20,000 nt of DNA from an uncultured virus (IMG/VR IMGVR_UViG_2898799289_000011). Its lineage: Duplodnaviria; Heunggongvirae; Uroviricota; Caudoviricetes. The stretch lies in the IMG/VR virus record IMGVR_UViG_2898799289_000011; one strand, written 5' to 3'. Position numbers and translations under genes: made by a program. The notes beneath the pieces are model-generated. The model saw only the letters and a program-made list of their open reading frames with translations, searched no databases and was not told the DNA's origin. Of this stretch, positions 16,337 to 20,000 are shown piece by piece (the first letter of the stretch is position 1; every line of letters starts with the position of its first letter).

Positions 16337-16552
16337 TCAGATCAGCCCCATCCCGGCCAGCGATGCGCTGGCCGTGGCGAGTTGCGCGGTGGGCAGTTCG
16401 ATCTTGAGGTGCGAGATGACGTCCGAGACCTCGGCCGCGATCCCGTCCTCGCGCAGGGCCGCCTCGATCACCTCGGCGACGGCGTCGGGGCGGGAGCGGT
16501 CGAACTGGTCCGGAAGGGCGTCGTGATCGATGCGGATGGTGGTCGTGCTCAT
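16337..16552 (-). CDS. Small hypothetical protein
   Basis: 71 aa, AAAGGA RBS, 12 bp downstream of the 16565-16762 gene. Confidence 0.7.
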   Translation of the reverse strand: MSTTTIRIDHDALPDQFDRSRPDAVAEVIEAALREDGIAAEVSDVISHLKIELPTAQLATASASLAGMGLI

Positions 16553-16564
16553 GGCGGGATCCTT

Positions 16565-16762
16565 TCAGGATTGGGTGGCGGCGCGGCGTCCGGCCTCGTA
16601 GGCCTCGGCGAGCGCGTCGCGGATCGCCCAGACGGCGACGTCGTGGAAATCGAGCCGGTCGGAGTTCCGGGTCTCGAGCGTCTCGAGGAAGAAGCGCCGC
16701 TGCGCGATCTCCAGGATCAGGGCGTCGCGGGCGGCGGCGGGATCGGTCTTGCGGCGGGTCAT
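16565..16762 (-). CDS. DUF6900-like small phage protein
   Basis: IA.....LETLETRNSDRLDFHDVAVWAIRDAL.EAYEAG; GGAG RBS. Confidence 0.82.
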   Translation of the reverse strand: MTRRKTDPAAARDALILEIAQRRFFLETLETRNSDRLDFHDVAVWAIRDALAEAYEAGRRAATQS

Positions 16763-16873
16763 CGGGGTGGCTCCATGGTGAGTTGCATCATCCTTCCGGA
16801 GACACGTTCCCTCTGTCCGCGAGGCTTATCAACTCGACAAGCACATGATTCTGAATGATAATCGGAGCCGAAG

Positions 16874-17470
16874 ATGCAGGGCATGAGCGAGCGCCAGTAC
16901 GCCGCGCATGTCGGGCTGTCGCGTGGCGCGATCCAGAAGGCGAAGACCGCCGAGCGCCTGGTCCTCTATCCCGACGGCAGCATCAACGCGGCGGCCAGCG
17001 ACGCCCGGCGTGCCGAGGCGACGGACCCATCGAAGACGAGGAAACCGCCCGCGCCGAAGCTGAAGCCCGTCCCAGAGGCGGCGGTGGCCGCCGTTGGCGA
17101 CACGCTGCGCGAACAGGGGCTGGCTGTTCCGGCGGTCGGCGGCGGCACGACCTTCCTGCAGGCGAAGACGGCGAACGAGGTGCTGAAGGCACAGGAACGG
17201 CGCATCCGGCTCCAGAAGCTGAAGGGGGAGTTGATCGAGCGGGCGCGTGCCCTGGCGCTGGTGTTCCGGCTGGCGCGGGAGGAAAGGGACACGTGGGTGA
17301 ACTGGCCCGCGCGTGCGGCGGCGCTGATGGCGGCCGAGCTCTCGGCCTCGTGCTGCGACGCGACAGGCCAGCAGATCACCGTGGAGCCAGCCGCGATGCA
17401 GAAGGTCCTGGAGAAACATGTACGCGCCCACCTCGACGAACTCGCCGAGGTCCGGCCCGACTTCCGGTGA
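16874..17470 (+). CDS. Probable terminase small subunit (Nu1-like: N-terminal HTH + coiled coil)
   Basis: MSERQYAAHVGLSRGAIQKAK HTH; AKTANEVLKAQERRIRLQKLKGELI coiled coil; immediately upstream of the GpA terminase; GGAG RBS. Confidence 0.78.
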   Translation: MQGMSERQYAAHVGLSRGAIQKAKTAERLVLYPDGSINAAASDARRAEATDPSKTRKPPAPKLKPVPEAAVAAVGDTLREQGLAVPAVGGGTTFLQAKTANEVLKAQERRIRLQKLKGELIERARALALVFRLAREERDTWVNWPARAAALMAAELSASCCDATGQQITVEPAAMQKVLEKHVRAHLDELAEVRPDFR

Positions 17471-17483
17471 TGATGACGCACTG

Positions 17484-19421
17484 ATGGACTTCGACGGCGC
17501 GGGCGAGATCCTGCGCGCCTGGGGCAACGGGCTGCGGCCCGACCCGGACCTGACCGTCTCGGAATGGGCCGACCGGCACCGGATGCTCTCGGGCCGCGCC
17601 TCGGCCGAGCCGGGGCGGTATCGCACGGTTCGCACGCCCTACATGCGCGAGATCATGGACCGGCTGTCGCCGGGCGATCCCACGCAGCGGGTGGTGTTCA
17701 TGAAGGCCGCGCAGGTCGGCGCGACCGAGGCAGGCAACAACTGGATCGGGTTCGCGATCCACCAGGCGCCGGGCCCGATGCTTGCGGTCCAGCCGACGGT
17801 GGAACTGGCCAAGCGGAACTCGCGCCAGCGGATCGACCCGCTGATCGACGAAAGCCCGGAACTGCGGGAGCGGGTGAAGCCCGCGCGATCCCGCGACGCG
17901 GGCAACACGATGCTGTCCAAGGAGTTCGCGGGCGGCATCCTGATCATGACGGGCGCCAACTCGGCGGTCGGGCTGCGCTCGACCCCGGCGCGGTACATCT
18001 TCCTCGACGAGGTCGACGCCTATCCGGCTTCGGCCGACGAGGAAGGCGATCCGGTCACACTGGCCGAGGCGCGCTCGCTGACCTTCGCCCACCGGCGCAA
18101 GGTGTTCCTGGTGTCGACGCCCACGATCCGGGGGCTGTCGCGCATCGAGCGCGAGTACGAGGCCAGCGATCAGCGCCGGTTCTTCGTGCCGTGCCCGCAT
18201 TGCGGCGCGATGCAGTGGCTGAAGTTCGACCGGCTGCGCTGGCAGAAGGGCCGCCCCGAGACGGCGGAATATCACTGCGAGGGCTGCGAGCAGCCCATCG
18301 CGGAGCACCACAAGACGGCGATGCTGGAGGGCGGCGAATGGCGGGCGACCGCCACGGCCGCCGATCCGACGACGGTCGGGTATCACCTCTCGGCACTCTA
18401 TTCGCCGATCGGCTGGCTGAGCTGGGAGCGGATCGTGCGGGCATGGGACGCGGCACAGGGGTCCGACGAGGCGATCAAGGCGTTCCGCAACACCATCCTC
18501 GGCGAGACATGGGTCGAGACCGGGGAAGCCCCCGACTGGCAGCGGCTCTATGACCGGCGCGAGCGCTGGACATCCGGCACGGTGCCCGCGGGCGGGCTGT
18601 TCCTGACCGCCGGGGCCGACGTACAGAAAGACCGGATCGAGGTCGATGTCTGGGCCTGGGGTCGCGGGCTGGAAAGCTGGCTCGTCGATCACGTCGTGAT
18701 CGAGGGCGGCCCGGACCGGCACGACGCGTGGTCGGAGCTGACCGCGCTGCTCGACCGGTCCTGGCCGCATGAACGCGGCGCGCATCTCAGGATCGCGCGG
18801 CTCGCCATCGACACGGGCTACGAGGCCCCGGCGGTCTATTCCTGGTCGCGGGCGCAAGGCTTCGCGCAGGTGTCGCCGGTCAAGGGTGTCGAGGGGTTCA
18901 ACCGCTCGAGCCCGGTGTCGGGGCCGACCTTCGTCGACGCGACCGAGGGCGGGAAACGGCTGCGGCGCGGGGCGCGGCTCTGGACCGTGGCGGTGTCGAC
19001 CTTCAAGGCCGAGACTTATCGCTTTCTTCGCTTGGAGAGGCCCACGACCGAGGAACGTGCCGAAGGCGCAGCTTTCCCGCCGGGCACGATCCACCTGCCG
19101 ACATGGGTCGAGAACGAATGGCTGAAGCAATTCGTGGCCGAACAGCTGGTCACGGTGCGCACCAAGCGCGGCTTCGCCCGGCTGGAATGGCAGAAGCTGC
19201 GCGAACGGAACGAGGCGCTGGATTGCCGCGTCTATGCCCGCGCCGCCGCCTGGATCGCAGGCGCGGACCGCTGGCCCGACGAGAAATGGCGCGACCTCGA
19301 GGATCAGCTCGGGGCCGCCCCCACCGACACCGATCCCGCCGGGCAGATCAACCGGCCGGGACAGGCCCCGCAGGGCAAGCGCCGCTCCGACTGGCTCGGA
19401 CGGCGTGGAGGATGGTTCTGA
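17484..19421 (+). CDS. terL: Terminase large subunit, lambda GpA family (start uncertain; frame open from 17418)
   Basis: RTPY, Walker A KAAQVGATE, Walker B YIFLDEVD, VSTPT, CPHC/CEGC, nuclease GADVQKDR, IDTG, NEALDCRVYA. Confidence 0.95.
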   Translation: MDFDGAGEILRAWGNGLRPDPDLTVSEWADRHRMLSGRASAEPGRYRTVRTPYMREIMDRLSPGDPTQRVVFMKAAQVGATEAGNNWIGFAIHQAPGPMLAVQPTVELAKRNSRQRIDPLIDESPELRERVKPARSRDAGNTMLSKEFAGGILIMTGANSAVGLRSTPARYIFLDEVDAYPASADEEGDPVTLAEARSLTFAHRRKVFLVSTPTIRGLSRIEREYEASDQRRFFVPCPHCGAMQWLKFDRLRWQKGRPETAEYHCEGCEQPIAEHHKTAMLEGGEWRATATAADPTTVGYHLSALYSPIGWLSWERIVRAWDAAQGSDEAIKAFRNTILGETWVETGEAPDWQRLYDRRERWTSGTVPAGGLFLTAGADVQKDRIEVDVWAWGRGLESWLVDHVVIEGGPDRHDAWSELTALLDRSWPHERGAHLRIARLAIDTGYEAPAVYSWSRAQGFAQVSPVKGVEGFNRSSPVSGPTFVDATEGGKRLRRGARLWTVAVSTFKAETYRFLRLERPTTEERAEGAAFPPGTIHLPTWVENEWLKQFVAEQLVTVRTKRGFARLEWQKLRERNEALDCRVYARAAAWIAGADRWPDEKWRDLEDQLGAAPTDTDPAGQINRPGQAPQGKRRSDWLGRRGGWF

Positions 19422-19425
19422 GTGA

Positions 19426-19512
19426 GGACTGGTCCGCGCAGCGGATGCGAGGCTCCAGTGGAGCGTCGCAAGGGAACGAACGCACTGAGCGGGAGCGAAG
19501 GGCATGGACTGG
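19426..19512. repeat. Short palindromic REP/MITE-like insertion between terminase and gpW
   Basis: Imperfect hairpin GCGAGGCTCC-AGT-GGAGCGTCGC (about 19447-19469); GGACTGG direct repeats at 19426-19432 and 19506-19512. Confidence 0.4.
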
Positions 19513-19710
19513 ACGGAAACCGAGCTCTCGGCGCTGCGCCGGGCCTATGCAAGCGGCACGACCCGGGTCAGCTACGACGGCAAGTCGGTGGACTACGGCT
19601 CGGCCGAGGACCTGCTGGCGCGCATTCGCACCATCGAACGCGCCATCGCGGGCGTCAGCCGCCCGCTGCCCGTGGCCGGGCTCGCTGGCTTCTCGCGCGG
19701 GGATCGCTGA
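19504..19710 (+). CDS. Head-tail joining protein, lambda gpW family
   Basis: 68 aa, WTETELSALRRAYASGTTRVSYDGKSVDYGS..DL; between terminase and portal; TGATG coupling. Confidence 0.88.
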   Translation: MDWTETELSALRRAYASGTTRVSYDGKSVDYGSAEDLLARIRTIERAIAGVSRPLPVAGLAGFSRGDR

Positions 19711-20000
19711 TGTCCGCGACCTGGTTCGACAGGGCTATCGCTTCGGTCGCCCCTCGGGCAGCCGCGCGGCGCGTGATGGCCCGTCAGGCCTTCGAGACGC
19801 TGACACGGGGCTATGACGGGGCGGCGCGCGGACGGCGGACGGAAGGCTGGCGCGCGCCCGGATCCTCGGCCGACACAGAGATCGGCGTCGCGGGGGCTCT
19901 GCTTCGCGACCGGATGCGTGATCTGGTCCGTAACAACCCGCATGCGGCGAAGGCGGTCGCGGTGCTGGTCAACAATATCATCGGCGCGGGGATCATGCCG
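19710..20000 (+). CDS. Portal protein, lambda family (3'-truncated)
   Basis: MSATWFDRAIASVAPRAAARR...GYDGAARGRR..GW...SAD.EI....LLRDRMRDLVRNNPHAAKAV..LVNNIIGAGIMP; open to the window end. Confidence 0.9.
   Translation, partial: MSATWFDRAIASVAPRAAARRVMARQAFETLTRGYDGAARGRRTEGWRAPGSSADTEIGVAGALLRDRMRDLVRNNPHAAKAVAVLVNNIIGAGIMP

Larger units (their letters stand above)
16242..16815 (-). promoter_or_regulatory. Repeated leader/promoter motif upstream of two minus-strand units (copies at 16242-16278 and 16779-16815)
   Basis: TGAGTTGCATC(G/A)TCCTT at 16242-16258 and 16779-16795 (16/17 identical), each followed by CTCTG at the same +32 offset; 17-18 nt from the respective start codons. Confidence 0.65.
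1..20000. mobile_element. Lambda-like prophage segment (accessory/regulatory, replication, methylase, packaging modules); extends beyond the right edge and probably the left
   Basis: Colinear phage modules with coupled start/stop codons: HTH, Sak4-like ATPase, DUF669, nuclease, helicase, primase, RuvC-like, MTases, terminases, gpW, portal. No att site or integrase is visible, so whether 1-2336 lies inside the element is inferred. Confidence 0.9.

Noticed and set aside
2543..19505. Long antisense and off-frame ORFs (e.g. 2543-4063, 5832-7289, 7774-9429, 7866-9224, 12362-13666, 17376-19505)
   Set aside because: Typical shadow ORFs of high-GC coding DNA, with no motifs or coupling signals, unlike the 13489-14830 frame.

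Overview
The window is the early-to-head portion of a lambda-like (cos/GpA-terminase) prophage of a high-GC alphaproteobacterium. The host assignment is inferred from gene content. From left to right it carries: (1) a translationally coupled pair of a QatB-like partner (5'-truncated) and a QueC/QatC-family protein with an extra C-terminal winged-helix domain, followed by phased CGTCACA direct repeats and a terminator; (2) a replication/recombination operon (excisionase-like HTH, AAA_24/Sak4-like ATPase, DUF669 SSB-like protein, Cas4-like nuclease, RadD-like helicase, DUF6511-like protein, primase-polymerase/helicase), a symmetric iteron-like putative origin, a RuvC-like resolvase and a DUF6362-like regulator; (3) a candidate lambda-like cos site; (4) a ParB-N6/N4 DNA methyltransferase and a C5 cytosine methyltransferase that appears split over two fully overlapping reading frames (M.EcoHK31I-like, with tandem WPTP repeats), interrupted by a 100-N scaffold gap that duplicates 123 bp; (5) small minus-strand genes with a repeated leader motif; (6) small and large terminase, gpW and the start of the portal gene. 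All family assignments come from motif recognition by eye, with no database searches. The best candidates for something new are the QueC-wHTH fusion with its apparent operator array upstream of the early operon, and the dual-frame repeat-bearing C5 methyltransferase.
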